DNA of 64,000 nucleotides from an uncultured Acidimicrobiales bacterium (GTDB lineage Bacteria > Actinomycetota > Acidimicrobiia > Acidimicrobiales > VFJN01): NCBI GenBank assembly GCA_963796415.1, contig CAWCLR010000014.1, forward strand, positions 157,973-221,972. Reading direction: 5' to 3'. The notes beneath the pieces are model-generated. The model was not told where the DNA came from. It searched no databases and was given only the letters and a program-made list of their open reading frames with translations. Below are positions 1 to 11,530 of this stretch, in pieces. The position numbers and the translations under genes were made by a program. Each line of letters opens with the position of its first letter. Within the stretch, counting starts at the first letter, position 1.

Positions 1-69
1 CGATCCCGTTGGCGTCAGGGGCGGTCACGCTCGACACGCAGTCCGTAGGGGCGCCCCTGACCTGGCCCC

Positions 70-525
70 GTGGAACGGTTGCTGCTGGTCGTCGCCCTCG
101 TCGCCGTCGCCGTGGCCGTGGCGTTCGTCCTCCAGCGCCGGCGGCCTCGGCCCGCCCCGACCAACGTCGGCTACACGCTGCCCGCCCACGTCGATCGAGC
201 CGACTTCGACCGTCCGGAGGCCCCGTGGCTCGTGGCCGTGTTCACGTCCGCCACGTGTTCGAGCTGCGCCGGGGTGTGGGAGAAGGCCCGCCTGCTGGCC
301 AGCGACGACGTGGCCACGCAGCAGCTGGAGGTCACGGCCACCCGCCCGCTGCACCAGCGCTACGGCGTGAACGCCGTGCCGTCCGTCGTGGTCGCCGACG
401 CGGGCGGGCTCGTGCGGGCCACGTTCGTGGGCCCCGTCACGGCCACCGACCTGTGGGCGAGCGTGGCCGAACTGCGGGACCCGGGCTCGCTACCCCCCGG
501 CGGCTGCGACCACGGGGCGGGCTGA
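70..525 (+). CDS. membrane-anchored thioredoxin-like protein
   Basis: GTG start. N-terminal hydrophobic helix (LLLVVALVAVAVAVAFVL). CxxC-like motif TCSSC followed by a thioredoxin-fold-like segment (YGVNAVPSVVV). High GC3. Confidence 0.65.
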   Translation: MERLLLVVALVAVAVAVAFVLQRRRPRPAPTNVGYTLPAHVDRADFDRPEAPWLVAVFTSATCSSCAGVWEKARLLASDDVATQQLEVTATRPLHQRYGVNAVPSVVVADAGGLVRATFVGPVTATDLWASVAELRDPGSLPPGGCDHGAG

Positions 526-586
526 AGCGCTCGTTGCCCCGTCAGGCACCGTTCGCGGCTCTTCTGCTGGATCCGCGGGGTCGTGG

Positions 587-681
587 CGAGGCGATGGGTT
601 CCGCGGCGGCGAGCTTGAGGCGTGGGTTCCGTATGCGGAACCCATTGCCTCGTCCCCTCCAGAGCGGAACCCATTGCCTCG
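587..681. repeat. nested inverted/direct repeat element; probable bidirectional terminator or REP-like element
   Basis: Four copies of an 18-nt unit GCGGAACCCATTGCCTCG. Inverted copies lie at 587-604 (17/18 match) and 616-632 (degenerate). Direct copies lie at 635-652 and 664-681 (identical). The element sits between convergent genes (stops at 525 and 737). Confidence 0.6.
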
Positions 682-736
682 GCCAGCAGTCCCGGTGACC
701 GGCGGTCGCCGGGCGGCCGATGTTGCCCGACGGGCG

Positions 737-2756
<2,020 letters not shown>

Positions 2757-2845
2757 AGAGGAACAGGATACGGGCGAGACCGTGGGCTGCGGTCATCGCC
2801 CACCCTCCACGCTCCGTAGTGGCGCCATCGCTAGCTTGTGCGCCC

Positions 2846-3070
2846 ATGATTCGAGGCTGCTCCCGGCCCAGTTGTGCCGACGTCGCCGCCGCGACGTTCG
2901 TCTACGACTACGGCGCGCGCACGACGTGGCTCGACCCCCTGGCCGGCGAGCGCCACCCGATGGCCTACGACCTCTGCCGCACCCACGCGGACCATCTGAC
3001 GGTCCCGCTGGGCTGGCGGCTGGTCGACCGCCGCCCGGCCCCGCCGCTCGAGGGCACGCTGGCGTCGTAG
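2846..3070 (+). CDS. DUF3499-family small protein
   Basis: MIRGCSRPSCADVAAATFVYDY...YDLCRTHADHLTVPLGWRLVDRR matches the conserved actinobacterial DUF3499 pattern. I chose the second ATG of ORF 2819-3070. Confidence 0.75.
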   Translation: MIRGCSRPSCADVAAATFVYDYGARTTWLDPLAGERHPMAYDLCRTHADHLTVPLGWRLVDRRPAPPLEGTLAS

Positions 3071-3083
3071 CCGGGGGCCCGGG

Positions 3084-3938
3084 GTGCCCGCCTTCGGACG
3101 TGCCCGTGTCGCCGCGTACCCTGGCACGGTGTCCGAGCCCGACCAGTTCGAGCCGCGACCGGTCGAGCCGAGCCCGATCGTGCCGCTGCCGCCCCCGCCG
3201 CTCGCCGCCCGCGCGGGCGAGGTCGACGCACCCGCGGGCGAGCGACCGGTGCGCTGGGGCCTCGGCGACGTCCTCCTCGGCTGGGTCATCGCCCAGGTCG
3301 GTGGCATCTTCGCGTTCGGCATCGTCGTCGCGCTGACCGGCGTCGACGCCGACAGCACCGACGACCTGTCGCTCGGGTGGATCGCGGTGGCGCAGATCGG
3401 CCTGTGGGCGGGGCTGCTCGGCGTGCCGTGGTTCGCGGCCCGCGTCAAGGGCAACGGGCTCGTGCGCGACTTCGGCCTCCGGATCCAGGGGCGGGACACG
3501 CTGGTCGGCACGGGCGTGGGCCTCGCGACGCAGTTCGTCCTCATCCCGCTCATCTACCTGCCGATCTTCACCCTCTTCGACGTGACCTCCGAGGAGCTGG
3601 AGGAGCCGGCGCGCGGGCTGACGGACCGGGCGACGGACCCGGTCGGCATCATCCTGCTGGTCCTGATCGTCGGCCTGGCGGCCCCGGTGATCGAGGAGAT
3701 CTTCTACCGGGGGCTCGTGCTCCGGTCGCTCGAGAACCGCTTCGGGGTCTGGCCGGCGATCATCGGCTCAGGCGTGATCTTCGGCGCATCCCACTTCCAG
3801 GGCCTGCAGTTCCCCGCGTTGACCGCGCTCGGCATCGTGCTCGCCTACGTGACCCACCGCACCGGTCGCCTCGGCCCCGCCATCGTGGCCCACATGGCGT
3901 TCAACCTGGTCACAGTCGCGTTCCTGGTCACGAGCTGA
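3084..3938 (+). CDS. CPBP family intramembrane glutamic endopeptidase (CAAX protease-like)
   Basis: Multi-TM protein with the motifs EEIFYRG, FGASHF and AHMAFN. Start uncertain (alternative GTG at 3129). Confidence 0.85.
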   Translation: MPAFGRARVAAYPGTVSEPDQFEPRPVEPSPIVPLPPPPLAARAGEVDAPAGERPVRWGLGDVLLGWVIAQVGGIFAFGIVVALTGVDADSTDDLSLGWIAVAQIGLWAGLLGVPWFAARVKGNGLVRDFGLRIQGRDTLVGTGVGLATQFVLIPLIYLPIFTLFDVTSEELEEPARGLTDRATDPVGIILLVLIVGLAAPVIEEIFYRGLVLRSLENRFGVWPAIIGSGVIFGASHFQGLQFPALTALGIVLAYVTHRTGRLGPAIVAHMAFNLVTVAFLVTS

Positions 3939-4025
3939 CCGTGGCGCACGACACCACCACCGGTCTCGACACCGGCGCGGACGGCGCCACGGGCCCGGTC
4001 GACGTGTCCGCGCCGCCCGGCGTAC

Positions 4026-6767
4026 GTGCCGCGCCCCGAGCTGACCGAGGAGTACCTCGACACGACCCGGGTCGAGGAGCAGCGCAGCGTCATCCACGCC
4101 ATCGTCGACGTGGCGGTCGTGGCGGTGTGCGTCGGGTTCGTCCTGTGGCACCTGCAGCCCGACCTGCTGCTGCGCAACACGACGCCCGCCGGCGGCGACA
4201 TGGGCGCCCACGTGTGGGGCCCTGCCTACCTGCGCGACAACCTGCTGCCGCAGGGGCAGGTGGCCGGCTGGACCGGGGACTGGTACGCCGGCTTCCCCGC
4301 GTACCAGTTCTACATGGTGCTGCCGTCGCTGCTGATCGTGCTGCTGAACTCGGGCCTGCACGGCACGGCGGCGTTCGTCCCCGCGGTCGCCGGCATCCTC
4401 GCCCTCGGCGCAGCGGCGACCTTCTGGTCCCAGCGCCGGCGCCGCAACGTGGCGCTGGCCGCTGCGGTCGTGGCCTTCGGTCTCGTCGGCCTGCCCTACG
4501 GCGTGGCCTTCAAGCTCGTCACCGTGCTGGGCGTCGCGTCGCTCCCGGTGTGCGCCTACGTGTTCGGGCGCCTGGCCGGCACGCGGTTCCCCACGCCGGC
4601 GGTGTTCTCGGTCGCGACGCTGCCGTTCCTCTTCTACCGGGGCTTCACGATCTACGGCGGGAACATCCCGTCGACGCTGGCGGGCGAGTTCGCCTTCTCG
4701 ATCTCGCTCAGCTTCGCCCTGCTCTACCTCGGGGTCGTGTTCAAGGGGCTGGAGACCGGCCGCTACCGCGCCCTGGCCGCGGTGCTGCTGGCCCTCACCG
4801 GGTTGTGCCACATCATCCCGGCGTTCTGGGCGCTCGGGGCCACCGCCATCATCGTGGCGGTCCGGTTCCGGCTGGTCTCTGCGTCGCTGATCCCGGGCCT
4901 CCCGCTCGTGGGCGGGGGTGCGTTCCTGGGCGCAGCCGGGCTGCTGTTCGGTGCACCGTCGTCGCTGCTGGGCCTCGCCGTGCTGCTGCCCGGCGCCGCG
5001 CTGGCCGCCGCCGGCCTGTGGTTGCTGTCCGAGAGCGTGCGCTGGCTCAGCCCGACCCTCGTCGTCGGCGGGCTGCTGTCGATGTGGTGGGTCGGCCCCT
5101 TCTACCTGCGCTCGGACTTCCTGAACGACATGGGGTGGGAGAAGCTGCCCTACGCCGACCCCGAGATGTCGCGGTTCGACGAGTGGCGGCAGCACCTGAT
5201 GCCGTACGCCACCCCTGACGTCGACCTGCGGTGGGTCTTCGGCCTCGCCCTCGTGGGCGCCGCGCTCAGCGTCGCCCTGAGGCTGCGGGCCGGCATCTTC
5301 CTCACGCTGACCACCCTCGCGGTGGCCGTCGCGTTCGTCGTCGTCCCCGAGGGGCGGCTGTGGAACGGGCGGCTCCTGCCCTTCTACTACCTGACCACGA
5401 TGCTGCTGGCCGCACTGGCGGTGTCCGAGGTGGTCCGCACCATCACCGACCTCGTCCGCAACGGGCGCCGGTCACCGGTGGGCGCCGGCGTGCCCGTGGC
5501 GCTGGCGACGCTGGCCGCCACGGTGGTGATCGTGGGGGTGCCGCTGGGCCAGCTCCCCGGCACCGAGAAGACCGAGACCGGCGTCTCCTGGCCGCGCTTC
5601 TCGCCGTGGTCGATCGACGCCGAGCCCGCCAGCTTCATCCCGTCGTGGGCCAAGTGGAACTACAGCGGCTACGAGGGCAAGGACGCCTACCGCGAGTACT
5701 ACGACGTGGTCACGCGCATGGGGGAGGTCGGCGAGCAGCGCGGCTGCGGGCGCGCCTTCTGGGAGTACGAGAAGGAGCTCGACCGCTACGGCACGCCCAT
5801 GGCGCTCATGCTGTTGCCGCACTGGACCGACGGCTGCATCGGGTCGATGGAGGGCCTCTACTTCGAGGCGTCGTCGACCACGCCGTTCCATTTCCTGGTC
5901 CAGACGGAGCTGTCGACGGCGCCCAGCGCCGCCCAGCGCGACCTGCCGTACGGGACCTTCGACATCACCAAGGGCGTCGACCACCTGCAGATGATGGGCG
6001 TGCGGTACTACATGGCCACCTCGCCGAACGCCATCGGCGCCGCCCGGGGCAACCCCGAGCTCACCGAGGTCGCCGCGTCCGGCCCGTGGGTCATCTTCGA
6101 GGTGGCCGACAGCGAGATCGTGGAGGCGCTCGCCAACGAACCCGCGGTGGTCGAGGGGGTCGACGACAGCCTCGTCGAGTGGGTCGAGGAGCCGCTCGAC
6201 GAGTCGGGCCGGTTCGGGGGCCCGGCCGTCAGCTGGTTCAACGACCCGACGCAGTGGGACGTGCCGCTGGCCCGCAGCGGTCCCGACGAGTGGCAGCGGG
6301 TGGCGGTGGGTGAGCGGCCCGAGGAGGTGCCGCTCGACGACGTCGAGGTGTCGAACCTGGAGGTGGGCGAGGACACCATCTCGTTCGACGTCGACGAGGT
6401 GGGCGTGCCGGTCCTCGTGAAGATGTCGTACTTCCCCAACTGGGAGGCGTCGGGGGCGTCGGGGCCGTACCGGGTGGCGCCCAACTTCATGGTCGTGGTG
6501 CCCGAGGACACGCACGTCGAGCTCACGTACGGCCGTACGGGGGTCGAGTACGTGTCGTACTTCCTGACGCTGCTCGGCATCGTGGGCGTCGTCCTCCTGT
6601 GGCGGCGCCCGCCGTTCCGCTTCACGCCCGAGCCCGAGCGGCGGCGTGTCCCGTCGAGGGGGCCCGACCTCCCGCCCGGCCCCTTCTCCCCCGAAGGTCC
6701 CGACCGCGCGGACGCTCCCGGCCCGCCGCCGTCGCCGGGCGACGCCGAACAGGAGGCCCCGGGCTGA
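4026..6767 (+). CDS. large polytopic membrane protein with a C-terminal extracytoplasmic domain; putative GT-C-type glycosyltransferase-like protein
   Basis: 913-aa ORF with high GC3. It has more than 10 predicted TM helices in the first ~500 aa, then a soluble domain, a final TM helix and a Pro-rich tail. It lies next to a GtrA-GT2 gene. Confidence 0.75.
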   Translation: MPRPELTEEYLDTTRVEEQRSVIHAIVDVAVVAVCVGFVLWHLQPDLLLRNTTPAGGDMGAHVWGPAYLRDNLLPQGQVAGWTGDWYAGFPAYQFYMVLPSLLIVLLNSGLHGTAAFVPAVAGILALGAAATFWSQRRRRNVALAAAVVAFGLVGLPYGVAFKLVTVLGVASLPVCAYVFGRLAGTRFPTPAVFSVATLPFLFYRGFTIYGGNIPSTLAGEFAFSISLSFALLYLGVVFKGLETGRYRALAAVLLALTGLCHIIPAFWALGATAIIVAVRFRLVSASLIPGLPLVGGGAFLGAAGLLFGAPSSLLGLAVLLPGAALAAAGLWLLSESVRWLSPTLVVGGLLSMWWVGPFYLRSDFLNDMGWEKLPYADPEMSRFDEWRQHLMPYATPDVDLRWVFGLALVGAALSVALRLRAGIFLTLTTLAVAVAFVVVPEGRLWNGRLLPFYYLTTMLLAALAVSEVVRTITDLVRNGRRSPVGAGVPVALATLAATVVIVGVPLGQLPGTEKTETGVSWPRFSPWSIDAEPASFIPSWAKWNYSGYEGKDAYREYYDVVTRMGEVGEQRGCGRAFWEYEKELDRYGTPMALMLLPHWTDGCIGSMEGLYFEASSTTPFHFLVQTELSTAPSAAQRDLPYGTFDITKGVDHLQMMGVRYYMATSPNAIGAARGNPELTEVAASGPWVIFEVADSEIVEALANEPAVVEGVDDSLVEWVEEPLDESGRFGGPAVSWFNDPTQWDVPLARSGPDEWQRVAVGERPEEVPLDDVEVSNLEVGEDTISFDVDEVGVPVLVKMSYFPNWEASGASGPYRVAPNFMVVVPEDTHVELTYGRTGVEYVSYFLTLLGIVGVVLLWRRPPFRFTPEPERRRVPSRGPDLPPGPFSPEGPDRADAPGPPPSPGDAEQEAPG

Positions 6768-7966
6768 GCGGACGGCTGCGTCGCCTGGCGATCCTGGCCC
6801 TGGTGCCGACGCTCGTCGACATCGGCCTGCTGGTCCTGTTCCGCCAGCGTTTCGGCTGGATCCTCGTGCTCGCCGACCTGGCGGCCATCCTCGTCGCCAG
6901 CGTGCTGTCGTACGCACTGCACCGGATGGTGACGTTCCGCAGCGACCCGTACGTGCGCTGGGTCGAGGTCCCACCGGCGTTCGTCGGCGTCGCGCTCGTG
7001 GCCGCAGCAGTGGACGTGATCGTGCTGCGGGCGCTCTTCGCCGGCACGGGCTTCTCGTCGACGACGGCGCTGGTCGAGGCGAAGCTCGTGGCGCTGGTCG
7101 TGGCCGGGGCGGTGCGGCTGGTGGGCTACCGGTGGGTGCTGCTCGGCGAGCTGACCGAGGCCCGGATGGTCCGGTGGACGCGCCCGCCGGCGCCGGGGAT
7201 GTTGCGCCTGAGCGTGGTGGTGCCCGCCTTCCGCGAGGCCGACCGCATCGGCGACACCGTGCGCCGGCTCCGCGAGGGCCTGGCCGAGGTGGACGAGGAC
7301 GGCGGTGTGGAGATCGTGGTGGTGGACGACGGGTCCGACGACGCCACGGCGGACGCCGCCCTCGCCGCCGGCGCCGGCCAGGTCGTCGTGCAGCCGCGCA
7401 ACCGCGGGAAGGGCGCGGCGGTGCGAGTCGGGATGCTGGCCGCCCGGGGCCGGACGGTCGCCTTCACCGACGCCGACCTCGCCTACGGCCCCGACCAGGT
7501 GCTGCGGGTGCTCGCCGCCATCGAGGACGGCTGGGACGTCGGCATCGCCGACCGCGGGCACCCCGGGTCGCGCATGCTGGTGCCGCCGTCGCGGTTGCGG
7601 GCCTGGGGCAGCCGCGCCATCAACTGGCTGGGCTTCGCCGTGCTGCTGGGCAGCTACCGGGACACCCAGGGCGGGCTCAAGGCGTTCCGGTCGGACGTCG
7701 CCCGGTTCGTGTTCTCGCGCACCCGCGTCGACGGGTTCGCCTTCGACATCGAGGTCCTCCACCTCGTCGAGCGTCACCAGCTCTCCCTCGTCGAGGTCCC
7801 GGTCGACGTCGCCAACTCGTCCCGCTCGACCGTCGACGCCGCCCGCGACGCCGGCCGGCTGGTCACCGACCTGGTCCGCATCCGCCACTGGTCGGCCGCC
7901 GGCGCCTACGAGGCCGAGGGCGACCTCCCCCCGGTCCTGGGCGATGTCGAGCCGGCGCCGGGCTGA
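6599..7966 (+). CDS. GtrA-like membrane domain fused to a family-2 glycosyltransferase (polyprenyl-phosphate sugar synthase-like)
   Basis: N-terminal GtrA-like helices (LVPTLVDIGLLVLF..YALHRMVTFRS). The GT2 core reads LSVVVPAFREADRI, VVDDGSDDAT, GKGAAV, TDADLAY. The only canonical in-frame start is ATG 6599, which overlaps the upstream gene by 169 nt. A CTG at 6764 is the alternative. Confidence 0.8.
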   Translation: MAAPAVPLHARARAAACPVEGARPPARPLLPRRSRPRGRSRPAAVAGRRRTGGPGLSGRLRRLAILALVPTLVDIGLLVLFRQRFGWILVLADLAAILVASVLSYALHRMVTFRSDPYVRWVEVPPAFVGVALVAAAVDVIVLRALFAGTGFSSTTALVEAKLVALVVAGAVRLVGYRWVLLGELTEARMVRWTRPPAPGMLRLSVVVPAFREADRIGDTVRRLREGLAEVDEDGGVEIVVVDDGSDDATADAALAAGAGQVVVQPRNRGKGAAVRVGMLAARGRTVAFTDADLAYGPDQVLRVLAAIEDGWDVGIADRGHPGSRMLVPPSRLRAWGSRAINWLGFAVLLGSYRDTQGGLKAFRSDVARFVFSRTRVDGFAFDIEVLHLVERHQLSLVEVPVDVANSSRSTVDAARDAGRLVTDLVRIRHWSAAGAYEAEGDLPPVLGDVEPAPG

Positions 7967-8050
7967 CCCGTTGGCGCCCCCGGATGGCCGTTCAGCGTCT
8001 CTCCGCCGCCACATTGACGCTGAGGGACGCCAGTTGGCCAAGATGAAGGC

Positions 8051-8419
8051 GTGACCGTCGTCGGCACGCTCGTGGCCGAGAGCCTGCGGGACGACGCCGT
8101 CGTGGCGGGCGTGCCGCTCACGGTGCAAGCCGTCGTACGGGTGGCGGCCGGCGATCCGACCGCAGGCCAGCCTCTCATCTGGACCATGATCGAGTTCGAA
8201 GCCCCCGACGACCGCCTCGACGACCTGGTGGCCGAGCTGACCGACGCGATCCGGCCGGGACCCTGGTACTGCGACGTGCGGACCGCGGACGAGGCCGCCG
8301 TCGTGTTCGCCGGACGGGCGTTCCGGTACCGCCGGGGCGACGCCGCGGCCAGGGCGGAGGCCGAGCGCTTCGCCCGAGCGTCCGGGGTGCCCAAGGGCCA
8401 GATCGACTGGCCGGACTGA
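8051..8419 (+). CDS. hypothetical protein
   Basis: 122-aa ORF with high GC3 and non-repetitive composition. No family recognised. Confidence 0.55.
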   Translation: MTVVGTLVAESLRDDAVVAGVPLTVQAVVRVAAGDPTAGQPLIWTMIEFEAPDDRLDDLVAELTDAIRPGPWYCDVRTADEAAVVFAGRAFRYRRGDAAARAEAERFARASGVPKGQIDWPD

Positions 8420-8528
8420 GCTCGCGCCGCCATGGCGCGGCAGGTGTCCCGGCGGGCCACGGACGGTCGGCCGGCCGTCATCGGTCGTTCAGAGCCAGGT
8501 CGTCCGGGGCGACTAGCGTGAGACGCCC

Positions 8529-9893
8529 ATGGCCGACCTCGATTCCCTCGCCGCGATCTTCAAGGCGTACGACGTCCGCGGCACGGTCCCCGACCAGCTC
8601 GACGCCGGTCTTGCCGAGCGCATCGGGGCGGCGTTCGCCCGGTTCGTGGCCGACACCGACGGTGCCGACCGGGTGCTGGTGGCCCGCGACATGCGCCCCA
8701 GCGGGGTCGAGCTGGCGGCCGCCTTCGCCGAGGGCGTGCAGCGGCAGGGGCTCGACGTCGTCGACCTGGGGCTGGCGTCCACCGACATGGTGTACTTCGC
8801 GGCCGGCACGCTCGACGCGCCGGGCGCCATGTTCACCGCGTCGCACAACCCCGCCCAGTACAACGGGATCAAGATGTGCCTGGCCGGCGCTCGCCCGATC
8901 GGGGAGGACACCGGGCTGGGCGAGATCCGGGCGCTCGCCTACGAAGGGGTGCCGGCGCCGCCCGAGAGCCCTGGCCGTCTCGAGGAGGCCGGCCTGCTGG
9001 GCGACTTCGCCCGCCACGTCCGCAGCTTCGTCGACGTCGACGCCCTCACCCCGCTGCGGGTGGTGGCCGACACGGCGAACGGCATGGGTGGCCTCGTCGT
9101 GCCGCCGGTGTTCGCCTCGCTGCCGTTCGACCTCGAGATGATGTACGGCGAGCTCGACGGCACGTTCCCCAACCACCCGGCCGACCCGATCCAGCCCGAG
9201 AACCTGCGCGACCTGCAGGCCCGGGTGCGCGAGTCGGGCGCCGACGTCGGCCTGGCGTTCGACGGCGACGCCGACCGTGTCTTCCTGGTCGACGACCAGG
9301 GCGAGCCGCTGTCGGGCTCGACCACCACCGCCATCGTGGCCAAGGGCATCCTCGAGAAGCACCCGGGTGCGACCATCCTCTACAACCTGATCTGCTCGAG
9401 GGCGGTGCCCGAGGTGATCGCCGAGAACGGCGGCACGCCGGTGCGCACCCGTGTCGGGCACTCGTTCATCAAGGCGGTGATGGCCGAGACCGGCGCCGTG
9501 TTCGGCGGCGAGCACTCTGCTCACTACTACTTCCGCGACAACTTCCGCGCCGACTCGGGCAGCATCGCCGCCCTGGTCGTGCTCGAGCAGATCTGCCGGG
9601 CCGGCGTGCCGCTGTCGATGCTGCGCAAGCCCTTCGACCGCTACGCGGCGTCGGGCGAGATCAACACGACCGTCGACGACGCCGACGCGGTCATCGAGCG
9701 GGTGTCGGCCGCGTTCGCCGGCGCCACGCAGGATCGTGTCGACGGGCTGACCGTCGACCTGGGCGACTGGTGGTTCAACCTGCGCCCGTCCAACACCGAG
9801 CCGCTGCTGCGGCTGAACCTCGAGGCCCCCACCCGCGAGGCGTGCGACGCGCACGTCGCCGAGGTGCGGGCCCTGATCACCGACGAGGGTTGA
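8529..9893 (+). CDS. manB: phosphomannomutase/phosphoglucomutase
   Basis: Active-site loop TASHNPAQYNGIKM, metal site FDGDADR, and full-length alpha-D-phosphohexomutase architecture. Confidence 0.9.
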   Translation: MADLDSLAAIFKAYDVRGTVPDQLDAGLAERIGAAFARFVADTDGADRVLVARDMRPSGVELAAAFAEGVQRQGLDVVDLGLASTDMVYFAAGTLDAPGAMFTASHNPAQYNGIKMCLAGARPIGEDTGLGEIRALAYEGVPAPPESPGRLEEAGLLGDFARHVRSFVDVDALTPLRVVADTANGMGGLVVPPVFASLPFDLEMMYGELDGTFPNHPADPIQPENLRDLQARVRESGADVGLAFDGDADRVFLVDDQGEPLSGSTTTAIVAKGILEKHPGATILYNLICSRAVPEVIAENGGTPVRTRVGHSFIKAVMAETGAVFGGEHSAHYYFRDNFRADSGSIAALVVLEQICRAGVPLSMLRKPFDRYAASGEINTTVDDADAVIERVSAAFAGATQDRVDGLTVDLGDWWFNLRPSNTEPLLRLNLEAPTREACDAHVAEVRALITDEG

Positions 9894-9898
9894 CCACC

Positions 9899-10135
9899 AT
9901 GGCACTCGACACCCAGCTCCTCGAGATCCTCGCCTGCCCCGAGGACAAGGGCCCGCTCCTCTACTTCGAGGACGAGGACTCGCTCTACAACCCGCGGCTG
10001 AAGCGGCGCTACGCCATCCGCGAGGACATCCCGATCATGCTCATCGACGAGGCCGAGACGGTCGACGACGCCGAGCACGAGCGCCTGCTGGCGAAGGCCG
10101 AGGCCGAGGGCATCAGCCCGACCTTCGAGGCCTGA
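9899..10135 (+). CDS. Trm112-family small protein
   Basis: LLEILACPEDKGPL...IREDIPIMLIDEA is the typical Trm112/DUF343 pattern. It sits between manB and the isomerase, as in other Actinobacteria. Confidence 0.8.
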   Translation: MALDTQLLEILACPEDKGPLLYFEDEDSLYNPRLKRRYAIREDIPIMLIDEAETVDDAEHERLLAKAEAEGISPTFEA

Positions 10136-10136
10136 C

Positions 10137-11180
10137 GTGGCGGGCGTGCAGGGCGAGGTGCTCGACAGCCTGGACATGTTCGGGGTGACCGCCCGGTTCC
10201 CCGAGCAGGTGGCCGAGGCGGCCAAGGTGGCGCAGGGCATCGAGGGACTGCCGCCGGCCAACGAGGTCGACAACGTGCTGGTGCTGGGCATGGGCGGCAG
10301 CGGCATCGCCGGCGACGTCCTCGCCGCGGTGGGCGGGCCGTTCGTCCCGGTGCCCATCGTGGTGACCAAGGGATACGCGCCGCCGTCGTTCGTCGGGCCG
10401 GGCACGCTGTGCTTCGCCGTGTCGTTCTCGGGCAACACCGAGGAGACGCTCGAGGCGGCCCAGGCCGCGGCCGCGGCCGGCGCCCGCATGGTGGTCGTGA
10501 CCGCCGGCGGCGAGCTGGGGGCGCTGGCGCCGACCTGGCAGGCCCCGCACGTGCCGCTGCCCACCGACATCCCGCAGCCGCGGGCCGCCCTGGGCGCGTT
10601 GTCGGTGCCCCTCATCCTGCTGCTCGAGAAGGTCGGCCTGTTCCCGGGCGCGTCCGGATGGGTCGACGCCGCGGTCGAGCAGCTCACCGTCCGCCGGGCC
10701 GCACTCGAGGCCGGCGACGCCGCGCAGCAGATCGCCCGGACGATCGACGGCACGATCCCGCTGATCTTCGGCGCCGGCCCGCTCGGAGGCGTCGCGGCGG
10801 CGCGGTGGAAGGCCCAGGTCAACGAGAACGCCAAGGCCCCGGCCTTCACCGGCACCTACCCCGAGCTGTGCCACAACGAGATCGTCGGCTGGGGCCAGCA
10901 CGGAGACGTGACCCGCCAGGTGTTCACCCTGGTCGAGCTGCGCCACGACGAGGAGCACCCGCAAGAGCTGCGCCGCTTCGAGCTCGTGCGCGACCTGATG
11001 GCCGAGGTGGTGCACGACGTGGTCGAGGTGCGGGCCGTAGGCGAGGGCCCGCTGGCCCAGCTGTTCGACCTGACGCTGATGGGCGACCACGTCTCTCTGC
11101 ACATGGCGGTCCAGGCCGGCATCGACCCGGGTCCCATCCCGGTCCTCGACGACCTCAAGCGGGCGCTGGCCGGTCCCTGA
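10137..11180 (+). CDS. bifunctional glucose-6-phosphate/mannose-6-phosphate isomerase (SIS domain)
   Basis: SIS-domain motifs (VLVLGMGGSGIAGD, AVSFSGNTEET), a C-terminal PGI/PMI domain, and the manB neighbourhood. Confidence 0.85.
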   Translation: MAGVQGEVLDSLDMFGVTARFPEQVAEAAKVAQGIEGLPPANEVDNVLVLGMGGSGIAGDVLAAVGGPFVPVPIVVTKGYAPPSFVGPGTLCFAVSFSGNTEETLEAAQAAAAAGARMVVVTAGGELGALAPTWQAPHVPLPTDIPQPRAALGALSVPLILLLEKVGLFPGASGWVDAAVEQLTVRRAALEAGDAAQQIARTIDGTIPLIFGAGPLGGVAAARWKAQVNENAKAPAFTGTYPELCHNEIVGWGQHGDVTRQVFTLVELRHDEEHPQELRRFELVRDLMAEVVHDVVEVRAVGEGPLAQLFDLTLMGDHVSLHMAVQAGIDPGPIPVLDDLKRALAGP

Positions 11181-11284
11181 CCCCACTGGCCTGCAGGTGG
11201 TGGCGACGAGCCCGCCGCTCGCCATCCACCACCTGCACACCGCAGTGCCGGCGCCTCCCGCCAGGCGCCGACTCCGCCCCTCGC

Positions 11285-11530
11285 TCAGCCGTCGGGGTCC
11301 CCGCCCGGGTCCCGACGTGAGCGCAGGAACTCGAGGAGCTGGTCGGCGTCGTGGAACGGCGTCGATGCCCCTGTGGCGACGTGCTCGACGACCCCCCGCA
11401 GGCTGTCGTCGGTCGTCGGCTCGGCGTCCGGGTCTTCCCGCCAGGCCCGCACGACGAACGTCTCCACGCCCCGCAGTGTGCCGACGGGCCTTCGGGCGTC
11501 CTTCGGCTCAGCTTCGAGCCGTCGTCGCAC
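11285..11530 (-). CDS. small hypothetical protein; overlaps the 3' end of the upstream regulator by 23 nt
   Basis: 81-codon ORF with mostly G/C third positions. Core sequence TFVVRAWRED...LRGVVEHVATGASTPFHDADQLLEFL. Start uncertain (an internal GTG at VETFVV is possible). Confidence 0.5.
   Translation of the reverse strand: MRRRLEAEPKDARRPVGTLRGVETFVVRAWREDPDAEPTTDDSLRGVVEHVATGASTPFHDADQLLEFLRSRRDPGGDPDG

Noticed and set aside
1-69. Possible 3' end of an upstream gene and an AGGGGCGCCCCT palindrome at 47-58
   Set aside because: The fragment is too short to assign a frame or product. No frame shows convincing coding signal before the window edge.
3377-5218. 613-aa + strand ORF overlapping the CPBP and large membrane-protein genes
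   Set aside because: It is an out-of-frame, Arg/Pro/Gly-rich translation. The overlapping frames carry the real membrane proteins.
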